A stretch of 63,730 nt of DNA, filler included, from Rozella allomycis CSF55 (GCA_000442015.1; 10 parts of 10 records of this genome joined end to end with filler, not necessarily neighbours in it), one strand, 5' to 3'; numbered from the whole stretch's first letter, positions 1 through 14,019 are shown. Notes: generated from the sequence alone by a model not told the origin. Program-made: numbers and translations.

Positions 1-296
1 TCAATACAGAATCTGTCTCACGACATAGCCATTCGTTATACGGTATGAAATCATGAATTAAATGAAGAACCAAGATAAAGAATCAAATGTAAGTAGATTA
101 TATTTTGATGAAAAGGATCACCTATGTTTGCTAGTATATTGTATTAAGAAGCATGACAATTAAATAAAAAATTTAATCAATGTNTTTGATGTATAGGATC
201 ATAATTGTTTCTGGAGCATGAAGCATTAAGAAGCTTGACTATTAAATAAAACATTTAATCAATGTATCATAAAAATATCTCAATTTTGAAATTTAT

Positions 297-2845
297 TTAT
301 TTGGGAGCATTAGAGTAAGGGTTATATGGAGCATTTTGATATTGATAACCCTGACTAGCCTGCCCCTGAAATTGAGGAGGAATTTGATTTTGCTGATAGG
401 GGTTAAAAGCTGGTTGCTGGTTGTAGTTAGGAGGGTACGGATTGCTTTGAGCATAGTTGTAGTTAGGACGAGGTTGTTGCTGGTATGGCTGTTGGTAAGG
501 TGCTGGAGCATACGGACCAGATTGATAGGGCTGCTGCTGAGGAGGAAACATTTGATAACCAGAAGTTGTGAATGGAGAACCTAAAATTGTTCGTGGATGA
601 AAAGAGTACCTGTGCCTGTTGATGATGAATAGTTGGCTGGCATTGCAGAGTTCCAGGTTGTTTGAGTTGAAGGGATTGAATTTGAGAATGATTCGATTTC
701 TTTTTCTAAATTTGAAATTGGCTTTTGAATGTCAGCGTAAAACTTTCATGATTTAACGATCTTTTTACTTTAATTGCTTCATCTACAAATGAACATAATT
801 TTTCGTATTCAATGTAAACGTTGTCTAAGTATGCAATAAATTCATCCTTTTCTTTCACTTTTCCACTTCCAAGTCCCTTTTGATGAATCTCTTGAATTAT
901 TTTGTTTTGAGCTAAAATATTTTCATTTATTTTGTTGGGGAATTCGTCGTATTTTTTGATTTCATGATCAATGACGATCGAAGGGTTTTGATTGTCATCG
1001 TTTGCCTTTTCCAATAGAGAAGCTAAATAAACTTTAATGAATGAATTTACAAATGTCATCAGATTGAACCAAAGATTCAATATTTTGTTTTATTGCTTTT
1101 AAAGAATCAACTAGAAAAGACAAATTTCCAATCAATTCTCCATCTGCAAGGGTAGGAGAAGGATGAAATGATTTAAATCGTTCAAGCAAAACATTTTCCT
1201 TTTGAATTAAAAGAATTAAAATACTTTAGATAAAATATCGATGCCTTGTTTGATGTTATTGAACAAGTTTTTGACTATTTCATCAGAGGCAGAGGCTTTG
1301 GACGTCAATTCAGAGTAATGCTGGAAATGTTTTTGAAATTTAGCTTTTATTTGATTATTTTCAAATTTCAAACTTATTTGACTCAATGTTTGACTAGTTG
1401 CATTTTTCATCTCATCTATTGTTTTCATTGATGATTCAAGTGCTAATAAACCCCCATTTTTCACAATCGATTTCATTTTATTTAAAACATTCGCTGGAAT
1501 TTCAACAGCTTGCAATTTCTGTGTTTCTGAAAAATCAGAAATCGTTATTGAACCAATTGTTATTTGGTCATCACATTGTCTAATTAATGGGGAAACAATG
1601 GATTCTCTTTGAGAGATATACAAAGTCAAACTATGATGAATAGAAAATGGAATCAAAGTAGAAAAAAGTGGGGTTCCGATTATTTCTGAAAAATTGGAAA
1701 CTAAAAATAGAGTTGGCTTGGCTAATTCCACCCTTTGAATTGACTGCAAAGTAGCTTCATTTGGAACTGGCATATGATAAATCACATCATTATCCTTTTC
1801 AGACAATGAAATCTCCTTTTTCAAAACACTCTCAAAAGTCTATAAATAATTTCAATAATCACATTTTTACTTTTAATTCTGACACAAGATTGGCATCCAT
1901 GTATTTTGATTCTAACAATGCGTTTTTGTTAATCTCCANCACCAATGCATTTTTGGTAATCTCCAACGCTACTTTCAATCGAGTCACAACCTCTCCATAC
2001 TCCCCCTGCGTTTTAGCATCATTCGCTTTTTTCATCATCGCCATTACCAAATATTTACATCCATTCCCAAACAAATTCGGTCCAAATTGCTTCCCAAACA
2101 CACTTCTCTTGGGATCACTCGCTTTCACAGTCTCATAACACAATTCATACATCTCCCCAGTCCTTGCAGCTATTTTAGCCAGCAATCCATCCTTCATCTT
2201 ATCCTGCATCCCCTTCAGCACATAACACTCTTGCGCTTTCGCTTGATACACCATCGTTAGAATATTCAAATTAACATCATTCACCTCACTATTAGGCGCT
2301 TCCGTGTTCAAATGCTTCTCCCTCACATACTGAAATATTCCACTCGCAATCTATCAAAATCACACAATCAAACTACCAGAAATGAATTGCATGCTCTTTT
2401 GATACTTTCACTATCAGTTTTCGGCTCCCTCTCGCCAACCAAACAATGCGCAACAGCTGCATTAAACAACGTACACGCCTTTTCATATTCCAATGACATG
2501 CTGCTGCCTATCCATACTCATCCATAAACTATCATACTGCTTTCACTCGATTTAAAACTACTGGTCCACGTAAACATCACCTTGATATTGTCTTGTCCGA
2601 ATTTGAACTTTTTTTCAATTTCAGTCAGCTGTCCATAATATCTAAATGATTTCATTCAAACTACAGTACTGGATACATCTATTGGCGTATTGGATACTAA
2701 CATCCACAGAAAGTACGCCGTTTCTTATCCCGTTGAGGCGCTGGAATTCCATGTCATATACACTCGGATCTTGCGCATATATTTGACGTATAAAACTCTT
2801 CAAAGGGTCTTCTAAATTCACCGCAGAAGGGCGCTTCAGTTCCAT
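297..2845 (-). CDS. BRO1-domain ESCRT-associated protein (ALIX/Bro1/PalA-Rim20 family), multi-exon
   Basis: Exon ORFs give Bro1-domain motifs (LKSFIRQIY, QAKAQECY, EYGEVVTRL, EKDNDVIYHMPVP), then V-domain-like helical exons and a Pro/Gln/Tyr-rich tail (297-551), joined by short GT-AG introns. Confidence 0.85.
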
Positions 2846-3556
2846 CGGTCTCAGCCACGTTCAAAATAGGTACAATTGGCAAATTCAATCATTTCCAAAA
2901 ATCAAATAATACATCAATCAGTCTTTATTTACTCATTTTCTGTGGCTTTAGAGGAGAAATCCGGGGTTGATAGCGCATTAAAGCAGTGGAACAAGAAATC
3001 AAAGATTGTTTTAAGCGAATCAACATCGAATAAAAGAAACAAAAGAATGAGTTGTGGTTGATGGGGAAAAGGAACTTGCGGCTATTACAGAAATTCTTGC
3101 GGATTTAATAGACAACACTAACAGACGAGAACAGATCCATTACGCTTCAAAAAAAATCGAAGTAAAAAAATTGCTTTGGAGAAGTTGGCCAAATGTGTCA
3201 GTGTATTAATGATATAAGAGATTGCAACTCTTCACAAATCACAAGAGAAATGACGTAAAGGAAAACTGCAAAGTGTGACGATTCAAATCTTTGATGAACA
3301 TTGGCGGTTCTTTAATAATGACTAAGTGACTATGACGGCAATCTCTTATAAATTAAATAATACGAATTCAAGAAAGGTTTTCTTTCGCTGGGCTTGTACA
3401 GGCCTACAAGAAATATTCAACACGATCAACACATTTGATTTTTGAATAGAATAAACTTTTTTAACTGAAAAAAGGATAAATATCAAAAGAGTTCCTTGAA
3501 CTACACTGAAGAATATATTGGACTTGCAATGGTAACTAACCCGCTTTTCTCTCCGT

Positions 3557-5244
3557 ATGCCTCAGATCATAGAATTTATTCCATGTAAGTTGATTTTCCA
3601 TTAAACAACTCATCAATTCACTTTAATTTAAACCTATATACATCTAATCTCAGCGCGTTTGTATTTTTCATGGGGCACCTCGCCACCGGCACCTGCCAAC
3701 GACATATTTTATTTCACGGTAGACAATGACCTTCAATACGTACCATTCAATCAAGATTTTGGGCCAAACAATATAGCACATGTAGTTTTGTTTAACAGAT
3801 TGCTGAATTCGTATCTTCAGGTAATGTTTAGGTGTGACAGGTATAGTCGTCACATTTGAAAAACAAAAAGATTTGTTTGTTTTCGCATACGGATGATAGG
3901 AAACGAGTCAATGCGGCTTTTTTCATTTCATCTTTTATGGTAAATGTACTTGGTGTTGATTAAAGATGCTGGAAATGGGACTTACACCTGAAAAGGCATC
4001 GTATAAGCTCATGGACATTGAACCGGCATTGTCATTATATCGTGATGCAGGGCAAGGTAATAGAAGAAATTATGCATTAAAAGGATCTGCAAGCTATTTT
4101 CTTACAATTTTGGATTGCTTGAAGGGAATTAAGAAAGCCATTCAGTGTGGAATATTGAAACTTGAGGAGCTAGATGTTAAAGAGTAACAAAAGTTAAAAT
4201 ATTATATAGATATCTTTTTAGAGAACGAGTTGAAAATGGAGACATGAATTGGGTTGTACCTGGCAAGTTTCTCGCATTGGCGGGTCCGGAGAAGTCTATT
4301 TATGACAGACATTCTGCTATAGCAATGTCAAGAGGATTGAATACCTTTCACTTTGCTGATTTAATTGAATATTTTAAAAAAACCAACGTCAAATGTGTAG
4401 TTCGCTTAAACAACAAGTTATACGATGAAACAATGTTTTTAGACAATGGAATACAACATGTAGATTTAACTTATCCTGATGGATCAAATCCACCCGAACA
4501 TATTATGATCAGATTTTTGGATGTAGCTGAAAAAACTAATGGTGAATATTTCTCATAGTTCATATAGGGCCACTAGCTGTGCATTGCAAAGCAGGATTGG
4601 GAAGAACAGGGACATTGATCGCTTTGTATTTAATGAAGCACTATCAATTTACGGCAAAAGAAGTCATTGGATATTTGAGAGTAATGAGACCTGGCTCTGT
4701 TGTCGGACCACAACAACAATTTTTGGAACAGTAAAACAATTGACCTTTTAACAAAGAATGGAACAAAGAATGTGGCAAATGGGTCAAAATTTTAAAGACA
4801 TGTATTCAGAGCTTACTAGAAGACCTCATTCTGCAGGTACTATAGTAATTTAATGTTAACAGTCGCTGAAACGTACTCGTCCACAGTATCTTTCATTCCT
4901 GTCCAACCAAACAAATCGAACATTTTTTACGCGAATCTTCCAGAAAACTTAAAAGTAAAGTAATGTTTGTATGTTGATAGGAATATGTACCGAAAAGTGA
5001 TCAAACCGTTAATAGTGTATATCGATTGAACAATCCTCGACCAAATTACGAAGTTTTACAACCTCCAAAAACATCTGCAGGATATCATAACTATAATTTG
5101 CGTTCAAGTGGCCCTCAGATACCATCACAATCCGCACAAGACACCAGCAAGCTAAAACAAAAAAGTCCCAAGCCCTTAGACTCTGATTTGGAACTAGTTG
5201 GCCAAAGTTACTCTAACTTAAATCATAAATCAATACAAAAATAA
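3557..5244 (+). CDS. CDC14: Cdc14 dual-specificity protein phosphatase, multi-exon
   Basis: [49 protein letters not shown]; catalytic [11 protein letters not shown] at about 4578-4610; [11 protein letters not shown]. Confidence 0.93.
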
Positions 5245-5293
5245 AGAAAAGGTTACATTTGATTGTATATCCGTAAATTTCCGGATTGAATAA

Positions 5294-7391
5294 ATGAGCA
5301 ATGACTCTGGAAAGAATAATCTAAAAGTTCAGACCAAACGAAGTAAATCAATGGATTCCACTCAAAAAATTGTCGCAGATTTGATAGAGGAAAACTCATT
5401 TTCAATTTCACCAAAATTTTTGACACCCCAGAACACATCGTTTCCACCTCCCTTGTATCAGCCCCTATTAATGATGTTAACGAGACTCCATAGTTTAAGA
5501 AAAGTGGAAGATTTTGATAAATTACTGGGAATTAAACTTAATATTCATGTTAATGAGTACCTAATGAAAACACCACACAATAGATTGCACATTGATAAGA
5601 TTCATGAATATATTCACACTTCAATTCATAATTTAGGTATTATATAGTTGTTAATGTTATAGGTAAACACTCCAAATTGATGTAATAGTACTTTCCAATA
5701 CCACAACTTTAATCATTGATCAGCTATGCGAATATTTGGCTAATACTATGTCTTCTCTAACAAAAGATACGTAGGTTTGCTTTAAATATATTTAAGTAGA
5801 TGTGATGTACCAGATTCTCTCTACAACGCTTTTCTAATCATCAGTTTGTCGATCAAGTATAATTTGACAGAGAAAACTGAGAAGAGAGCATTGCATCATG
5901 ATCAAAGTTGCTATATCAGACTTTTATCGTCCTTGATTTACTTTCTCGTGACTTGCAGTTACAGGTAACGCAAAGTCTATTCTTTAAGAAGGAATTCTAA
6001 ATATTTGTACATGATGTATTCAGACTCTTTATTCTTGTTAAAGAAATTGTTTATAGAAAAGCCAATTGAAATAAATTTGGACGACATTTTAAAGAGATTG
6101 CTAGTCAACATATCATCTGATGATCGTTTGCCGAATAATGGTAATAAAAAGAGAAATACAAAGACAGGGCTTGTAAAATACGCAATGAGTTTTATTTTTT
6201 CAAATGAATCGGAATTCAACTTTGAAATCATAAAGAAAAGGTCAATGTCACTGTTTATGACCCTATGGTATGTTGGCGGCCAAAGATCCGATGTTTTACA
6301 AAACTTAAAATACAAGAGTCGTAATTTCAACAATTCAGGTTTACATAGAATCATCTGATTCTTTTTCAGATGTTGAAACATTAGAAAATGTTTGTATACC
6401 AGAAATATTTGAATTTATTTACAAAAATATTGAAAACAATTCCATCATTGCCTTTCTTTATTGCCTTGTTTATAATAGCCCAATATTTCGAATGTTTGTA
6501 GCTTCCCAAACCAACATTCATTATATTGTAATTTTAATGAATGTTTTAAATTAGATTATCCCGTTTTTGAAATCATTTTACCGTTACTCTAGTGGAGACT
6601 CCTTAAATTCTCTTTATTTAAAGATTTGCGTTCTCTTGCTACTCTCCCAGGATGACATTTTCTCAGCAAACATTCAAAACAGAATAGTTGATCCTCTAAA
6701 TGTGATTGACGATAAAATAATAACCGTCATGAATTTAGAAAGTTTGCTGGTTGTTGTTCTCATAAACTTGGCGACTATAAACATTTCTCTTGAAAGAGTA
6801 ATTGACGATCACAAAAACAACAAAGGATTCATTTTTGCACGTTTGTATCTTTTCGCTTTTATTTAATTTGAGTTTCAGATTTAAAAACCTTCACTATTTT
6901 GCTGCTCAAAAACTGATGTTGTAAAATTTAATGTAGTGATTGTTTAGGTTCATTCAGTTCCTGACAGACAATCCTGAAAAGACATCTGAAAACAATGAAA
7001 GAGAAAAGTTCTTGATTTACACAGATACTGCATGCCTATCCATAGAAATAGCTTCAAACGCCATCTCCCATCAGCTTTTATATTCTTCGCCTCTCATCTA
7101 CTCTATAATCCAATACAAATCAACTTTTGATGAATACTTGGAAAACCACTATTTTGATCCTATCATGGAATGTATTAAAAAGGTATTCTACAATCAATCT
7201 CTTCAAAGATCATTCAAGTCTTTGAGTCAACATTAGATTCAACGTTTTCTTACGATGAGTCTATCAAGCATATATCGGAAAAGGTGAAACTGCTACCATC
7301 CACATTGATACAAAAAACAGACATGTACTTTATGCTGTACAAAGAAACAGACCCCTCATTTTTGATTGAACACTTAAACACTCATAAATAA
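5294..7391 (+). CDS. DYM: Dymeclin-like protein, multi-exon
   Basis: Spliced blocks FLYCLVYNSPIFRMFV, ICVLLLLSQDDIFSANI, LESLLVVVL and FKNLHYFAAQKL resemble conserved dymeclin segments as I recall them. Confidence 0.7.
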
Positions 7392-7415
7392 ATATCCATT
7401 TTTGATTTTTGGTAA

Positions 7416-8076
7416 ATGAGGAAATACTTTGTCAAAGATGTTGAAGGCCAAATTGCCCATATGAAACAAATGCCATTAACTGATTACGACAAATGGAATT
7501 TGTATACTGCAGCAGCAAAGACAGTTTTAGGGGGTAATTAACAATTACAAAAAATCAGAGCGACTTGCGGCCTGTTTTTAGGATTCAACATTATCCACCC
7601 AAAAAGTAAGATTTCAATGCTTTTAATTATATTGGTCGTGCGCTATTACCGCTTTGGAAATCGCTGGCGGCACGGTCCGGTACATGCATAATGAATCTTA
7701 GATAGCTTTGGGAATCTCTGGGGTGTTTATAGGAGGAATGGTTGGAACACACTGTGCTGTAACCAAATTAATTTTTATGAATACGCCATTCTGCCAGGAA
7801 CTGAAAAAACTAGTGTACGAATGAACTGTTTTAACAATTAGCGATATGCATGATGATATAAGGAAATTTGTTATGCTGAGAAAACCGCATCTGCGCTTCA
7901 TGGGTCCGACAGGAGAACTCTTGTTTGGGGGTCCGGATGATATTGATCTGGAGGAGCTGGAGTTTTGGAATAATCTGAGCGATGAGGAGAGGGAGCTGAG
8001 GTTTTTAATAGAAGAGTATGAAAAGGAGAATAATTTGGAAAATGATTTTGGTCGTAAGTTAGATTTGGCAGGGTGA
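7416..8076 (+). CDS. Small hypothetical protein with hydrophobic segments and acidic tail, multi-exon
   Basis: ATG at 7416, short GT-AG introns, Gly-rich hydrophobic exons and last exon 7846-8076; no family recognised. Confidence 0.45.
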
Positions 8077-8334
8077 TTGTAGGCATCCTTGGGAAAGGTA
8101 AGTCGGCCAAAAGTAGTGAAGAATTCCATGAAGCAAAGCTGAGTCTTGATTCTTATGTTAACGAAATATGAAATTGTGAATAAATATATATTATATCATT
8201 GTATTGGCTGATTCGGAGTTTGTAGTAGGTCTGTCCTGTATGTCATTTGAGCCTCTTTCGAAATTTATGTAAAGAAATCAGCTTTAAAATCAAAAATCTA
8301 ATCAATCATCAATCAATTATTTTATTAATCAAAA

Positions 8335-11300
8335 CTAATGCCTTCTTTGCCGACCCCTCCTTGAAGAGAGTCTTAAACTAGAAAGTTCGCTGTACCGTTT
8401 AGATTTGTACCAAGCGGTGAATGCACCCAGACCAGCTGCAGCAGAAACACCAGTGACTATTCCTACAATGATACCCGCAGAATCAGTTTCCTTTTCATGA
8501 GTGATTTCCTCTACCTTTGGAGGTGATTGACTGGCATTGTCAGCGGGCCTTCCTTGATTACTTTCATTTGAATTTGAATTTGGGACTATTATTTTGGCGC
8601 TCTTTTTCTTTGTTCGTTTTAGTTTTCTGCGCTTGGGTCTTAAAACTTTCTCCTTCTTTCGTGGTTTCGCTTTCGATTTAGGTACGTTTGTCTGAAGATC
8701 ATTGACTAGAACATCGTTTATGGGAAAGTCTTCAGTTACATTTTCCTCGTTATTTGATCTTTCTGATACTTCTTGCTGGTCATCTGTAGAGACTGTTGGG
8801 GCGCTTGTTATAGTTGCTTTAAGAGGATTATGAATTGGTTCTTGAATATTTACATTATCTTGCGTTGAAATTATCTTGCTAGAGTCCGCTTGTTTTGACA
8901 TTTCCTGTTTCTTAGCAATTGGGGAACTAGCTACTTTATTGGCCTTAAACGATTTCAAGTTTCTCGAATGACCAGCATTGCGATTAACATAGAGATCTAC
9001 TTGTTCAACTCTCTGCAAGATTCTCCGTGGTTTTTGACTTTCCTTAGTCTCAAAAATGCTTCTCATTGTTTGTGCAAACTTGCCCATCACTCTTGCCCCA
9101 AAGGAGGGTGTTTCTTCTGATTCTTCAGAAATTGCCTGAGGGGGCGATCTTTGTCCCACTGTGGAATCTTCATTCTGTGTTGGTAGTTCTTCATGGTCTG
9201 TTTGGATGCCAATAGATGTAGACTGGACATGCTCAGATTGCGTAGAAGATTCTTGAACTACTTCAGGAGGTTCTGTCTGTACGGCCAACGAAGAAAACTC
9301 TGGTTGTGTAGATACTGTTTGCACAGCGCGCGATGAAGACCCAGCAGTTTCAAATTGTGTAGAAACATCCTGTAATACTAGCGGTTCTGTTTGCATAGCA
9401 AACGAGGAAACTTCAGGTTGTGTGGCGTCTGTTTGCGCAGCAAAAGTAGAAGTTCCAGCGGGTTTCCATTGTGTTGACGTGTCTTGACTAACAGGACTTT
9501 CAGTCTGCATAGCAATGGTTGATGTCTCTAAAGGATCAAACTGCGTATCTGCATCTTGTAAAAGTGGAGTCTCAGTCTGCATAGCAATGGTTGATGTCTC
9601 TAAAGAATCAAACTGTGTATCTGCATCTTGCAAAAGTGGAGTCTCAGTCTGCATGCCAATGGTTGATGTCTCTAAAGATTCAAACTGCGTATCTGCATCT
9701 TGCAAAATTGGAGTCTCTGTCTGCATGCCAATGGAAGATGTCTCTAAAGGATCAAACTGCGTATCTGCATCTTGTAAAATTGGAGCCTCTGTCTGCATGC
9801 CAATGGAAGAGGTCTCTACATTGTCGCTTTGGGTGCCTGCATCTTGGACTGCCGTAGGTTCTGTCTGCACAGCAAACGAGATCAACTCTGGGCTTGCAGT
9901 TTGAATAGAGACATCTTTAGCTTCCATTACGTCTGTTTGAACTTCAATTTCTTTTGTGTTCTTGATAGGCGTGTCAGTCTGCACTTGCCTTGTCACTTTA
10001 TTTCTTTCCTTTTCTTCTAGACTCGTTTTAAGATCTTCCAATTCTCTCGAACACGCTTGAAAGTCATCGCTAGATTTAAAAGTCAATTTCTCTATTTGCT
10101 TGGACAAACCTAAATTTGAAAAGATTTAAATTGTTACGATTGATGTAATAAAAACTCTTTTGCGATGTTTCGTGAAAAGTCTGAATTTTCTTGGCGCGAA
10201 CTCTTAAATTATGCATCTTGCGTCTGACAGTTTCAGTATATGTTTCATCTGGGCGGGCTTCCATAAATGTGTCAAGTGGGTCTGGTTCTTCTTGCACTAT
10301 TTGACCTTCGGAAGCCTGCAGAGCTTGATTAGCTTGAGGTGAATTGTCGTCTTGTCCTTCCACTTCCACTTGTCCTTCTGATGTTCCTGCTACGATTTGC
10401 TCATCCTGTAAGTTAGCTTCATCAATTTCATGATTTCGTTTCCCAGAATCATCAAGGTTAGAGATAACTTCAGTTTGTTCTTCTGAAGGTGTTTGGCCAA
10501 CGTGATTGTCTTCACCTTGTTCTGCTCCCATTACCATTGGGTCATCTTGTACAATCGCTTTTTCAATGTCAACATTTTCCGCCTCAGAACCATTTTCAAA
10601 ATTAGGAGCGTTCATTGTTTCGATATTATTGTTGTCCTTTTGTTCTTCTGAAGGTGTTTGGATAACCTCATTGTCTTCACTCTGTTTTTCCCTTGTCACT
10701 ATTGGGTCATCTTGCCGCACTTGCCCAGTCCTTTCTTTAATTTCAACATTAAGCGGTACAGAACCATTTTCAAAATTGGGAACATTTATCGTTTCGATAT
10801 TATTGACGTCCTTTTGTTCTTTTGATGGTGTTTGACCTTCCACTTGTCCTTCTGATGCTCCTGCGACTGGTTGTTCGACCCTACCCTTCTCCTCCTTAAT
10901 TTCATCATTTCGCTTCTCAGACTCCTTGTCAAAATTCGGAATATTCTTCGTTTGACCATCAACATGCAGTTCTTCCGACACTAGAATATCGCCTTCTCCA
11001 TCTTCAATCGACGGTAAATCTGCATGATCAGTTAATCCGCCAACCTCAACATGGATTCGATTCAAGACAATGCCATGAGAATCTCCAGCAACATTTTCTC
11101 CCTCTTTTACTTTACATGCAAACTTGACAGGCGGTTGATTGGGTTTCAGTTTCACATCTTCAATATGATTGTCAGTGGCATGAGGTGCCATAATTGAATT
11201 GCAACCTATATTGCAACTTTTTAGTAACGTACCAGCACCTACCACGGCCTTTGTAGCTTTAACTTCCTTTCCCTTATCCTGCACTGTTAAAGACGTAAAT

Positions 11301-11756
11301 TCATGAGTGGCGGCAACCAACACATTCGGCTCAGCAACTTTTGTTGGAAATTCCGTAGTAGCACCTTTAATTGTTTTTTCGTTTTCGGCGGCTATATTCG
11401 AAATGCGAACATATCTTACCTTGATTGTCACTTTCTTGTTTCTCCTCTAAAATACCTATTTTTTTACAAAATGTCAGCTTACTGGCCTCGATTTGCACAA
11501 AAATCTGTCTCAGGTTTCGATAAGGTTTCAAGTCTTTAATACCACGTTCCAAAACAACTTCTTTCAACCACGCCTTTACACCTTTATGCGATTTTATCAT
11601 ATCTCGCGCATTTTTATTTATAGCCAACAGATTAAGCGCCCCAAGTTTTCTTTCTTGGAATATGTCTTCCATTTTACTCTTGATATCGTCATTGGCTATA
11701 GCCTCCACGAAAAATACATAGAAAATAAAAACACTTAGAAAGAAATACAATCTCAT
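8335..11756 (-). CDS. Predicted type I membrane protein (about 1100 aa): signal peptide, acidic repeats, coiled coil, about 22 QT/TQ motifs, basic patch, C-terminal TM helix
   Basis: ORFs 11367-11933, 10076-11431 and 8335-10107 join in frame via 28-nt introns GTAAGATATG..AATATAG and GTAACAATTT..AATTTAG. Starts MRLYFFLSVFIFYVFFVEAIA; TM segment GIIVGIVTGVSAAAGLGAFTAWY followed by KSKR. Confidence 0.8.
9500..9820 (-). repeat. 72-bp (24-aa) coding tandem repeat, about 4.5 copies
   Basis: Unit ETS(S/T)I(G/A)MQTETP(I/L)LQDADTQF(D/E)(P/S)L repeated nearly identically. Confidence 0.95.
10480..10880 (-). repeat. About 180-bp coding internal duplication
   Basis: QTPSKEQKDVNNIETINVPNFENGS / QTPSEEQKDNNNIETMNAPNFENGS / QTPSEEQ. 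Confidence 0.8.
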
Positions 11757-12046
11757 CTGGTGGCTGTTTTCAGGACCCCAGAATATAGCAAGGGGCTGTG
11801 TCATGTGACTAGAGCATATGCGGTACAGGACCCAGAATGATGGCCACTTTATGAAATATTTGCCAAAATCTAAATCGTCTACGCCATCGCGAATATTTAT
11901 GGCGCGAACCGTACTATTTACGTGTAAACCCACATGAAAGCTAATTTTAGAAGACTTGTTGATGAAAAATTAATCAATTTGTAATACAATTTTTAGTAGA
12001 TCTCTATCATTAAATAATTGCAATATAATCATAAAATGATAGCCCC

Positions 12047-12146
12047 NNNNNNNNNNNNNNNNNNNNNNNNNNNNNNNNNNNNNNNNNNNNTTAATTAATT
12101 AANNNNNNNNNNNNNNNNNNNNNNNNNNNNNNNNNNNNNNNNNNNN
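12047..12146. other. Artificial contig spacer (44 N + TTAATTAATTAA + 44 N); also at 35319, 46573, 48394, 50496, 53111, 56419, 58655 and 60605
   Basis: Identical six-frame-stop linker centred in every 100-nt gap. Confidence 0.97.
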
Positions 12147-13420
12147 TAACTATGGTTAATATTCCCCTGCTTCACCAATCTCTTCTGTTCTTTCAAATGC
12201 TTTATTATCTCCTTATCAACACCCTTCACATACTCTCCCTTCCACTCCCTCACTTGTTCAGTAAACCTTCCATCATCATCAACAGGACATGGAATCTTCT
12301 CATCCTCTTTTATTATCCCATTCTTCAAACACACTCTAAAATCATCTTCTCCAAACGCAGGTGCTTGGTGGACTATCCCTGTTCCACTGTCATCCTTCAC
12401 ATACCCATCGCCCAATATTCTGAAATTTCCACTTTCTCTTCTCTCTCCAAAATAATCAAACAACGGCTTATAATATCTTCCAACCAAGTCACTCCCCTTC
12501 ATCTTCTCTATCACTTTATACTTTTCCTTATTCTTCTTTTCTCCATACAATATTCCAACACACTTTTCTAACAAAATATACTTGTTTCCACTCTCCTCAT
12601 CCCTAATCTTCACATACTCATATTCTTCATTCACACACAACGCTAAATTAGATGGCAACGTCCACGGCGTCGTAGTCCATGCCAACACACTCACATCCTC
12701 TTCTCCTTCCAATGGGAAACTAACAACAACTGCCGGATCTATCGTATCCTTGTAGTTTTGATTGGCCTCAAAATTACTTAAACTAGTACTACATCCAGTA
12801 CTAAATGGCATAACCTATTCTTTTCACTTCACTCCCTTACCTTAAATCCACGATACACTTGGTCCTTTTCATACAACTGCTTAAACACCCACCACACACT
12901 CTCCATAAAACTAGGATCAAGCGTCTTGTAATCATTCTCAAAATCTATCCATCTCCCCATCCTCTCAACTGTACTCTCCCACTCCTTGGAATACCTCATC
13001 ACTATATTCCTACACTCCTCATTATACTTTTCTATTCCCATCTCCAACACCTATCTCAATCCACACATCCTCTTACTTGGCTGCGTGATGTTATCCCCAA
13101 CTTTTTATCAATCTCATACTCCACTGGCAACCCATGGGTATCCCAGCCAAACCTTCTTTCAACATAGAACCCTGTCATCGTGGCATATCTTGTCACTATA
13201 TCCTTTATAGTGCCAGCAAGCAAATGTCCATAATGCGGCAACCCAGTAGCAAACGGTGGCCCTATCTTCCACTATCTTGCCTCTTACCATCATAAAAACT
13301 ATAGATTGGTCGGTCCTTGGAAATTTCTAATGACTTTTGAAATGCATTTATAGAACGCCAGTACTCCAATATACGAACTTCCTCTTGCGCAAAGTTCATC
13401 GTTTTAGGCAACTGTGACAT
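12147..13420 (-). CDS. ILS1: Cytoplasmic isoleucyl-tRNA synthetase, 5' part (truncated by gap)
   Basis: [16 protein letters not shown] (HIGH motif), [39 protein letters not shown]. Confidence 0.95.
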
Positions 13421-14019
13421 AAAATTTATGGCAAGGGTTTGGTGGCGAAGTTGAGGCATTACAGTCATGTGACGATTATTCTCAATCAGAAATTTAATTC
13501 TACATCGTCTCGTCATTGCGCTTAATTGGGAGCCACACAGTATCAGTCTCATCAAAATTTGGAAATTTGGAAATTCCTTTAGTTATGACTTGAGTNTTAA
13601 TCCTTATTTGTAGGGTCGTCACCCAACATGTAAAGATAGCACCTTGGTTCGGTTTGTTGTCACTCTACAACATAAGGTCGCCAGTTTTGGTGGCGTCTAA
13701 CCCTACATTTCAGGTCAGCACTCTACCATAATTTTTGTCACCCTGGTAAATGTCGGCTCAGCACACCACTGGTTACCCAGGCAAGGTATATCATACGAGC
13801 ATGTGTCTGAAGTAAATTCTGTTCGATTTGACGATATTGAAAGCAGTGTTCTATGACCTGTCAAATCCGATCGATCTAAAGTAACTAAAACTTTGCTTGA
13901 TTGCCGTTATAAAGATCTTGACATTAAATGTCATTTGTGACCCAAACTGTTTTCAAGTCGATTACCTGCTCCACAGGTTCTAAAACAAAAATGTTTATAA
14001 GCACTGCTTAGACACAACT

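Noticed and set aside
9515-9904. Cys-rich repeat ORF on the + strand
   Set aside because: Antisense reading of the 72-bp QT repeat.
11757-11933. 59-aa upstream extension of ORF 11367-11933
   Set aside because: Begins at a non-ATG codon; the ATG at 11756 starts a clean signal peptide.
12091-12102. Palindromic TTAATTAATTAA repeated nine times
   Set aside because: Always centred in a 100-nt N gap; an artificial six-frame stop linker. Adjacency across these gaps is not trustworthy.
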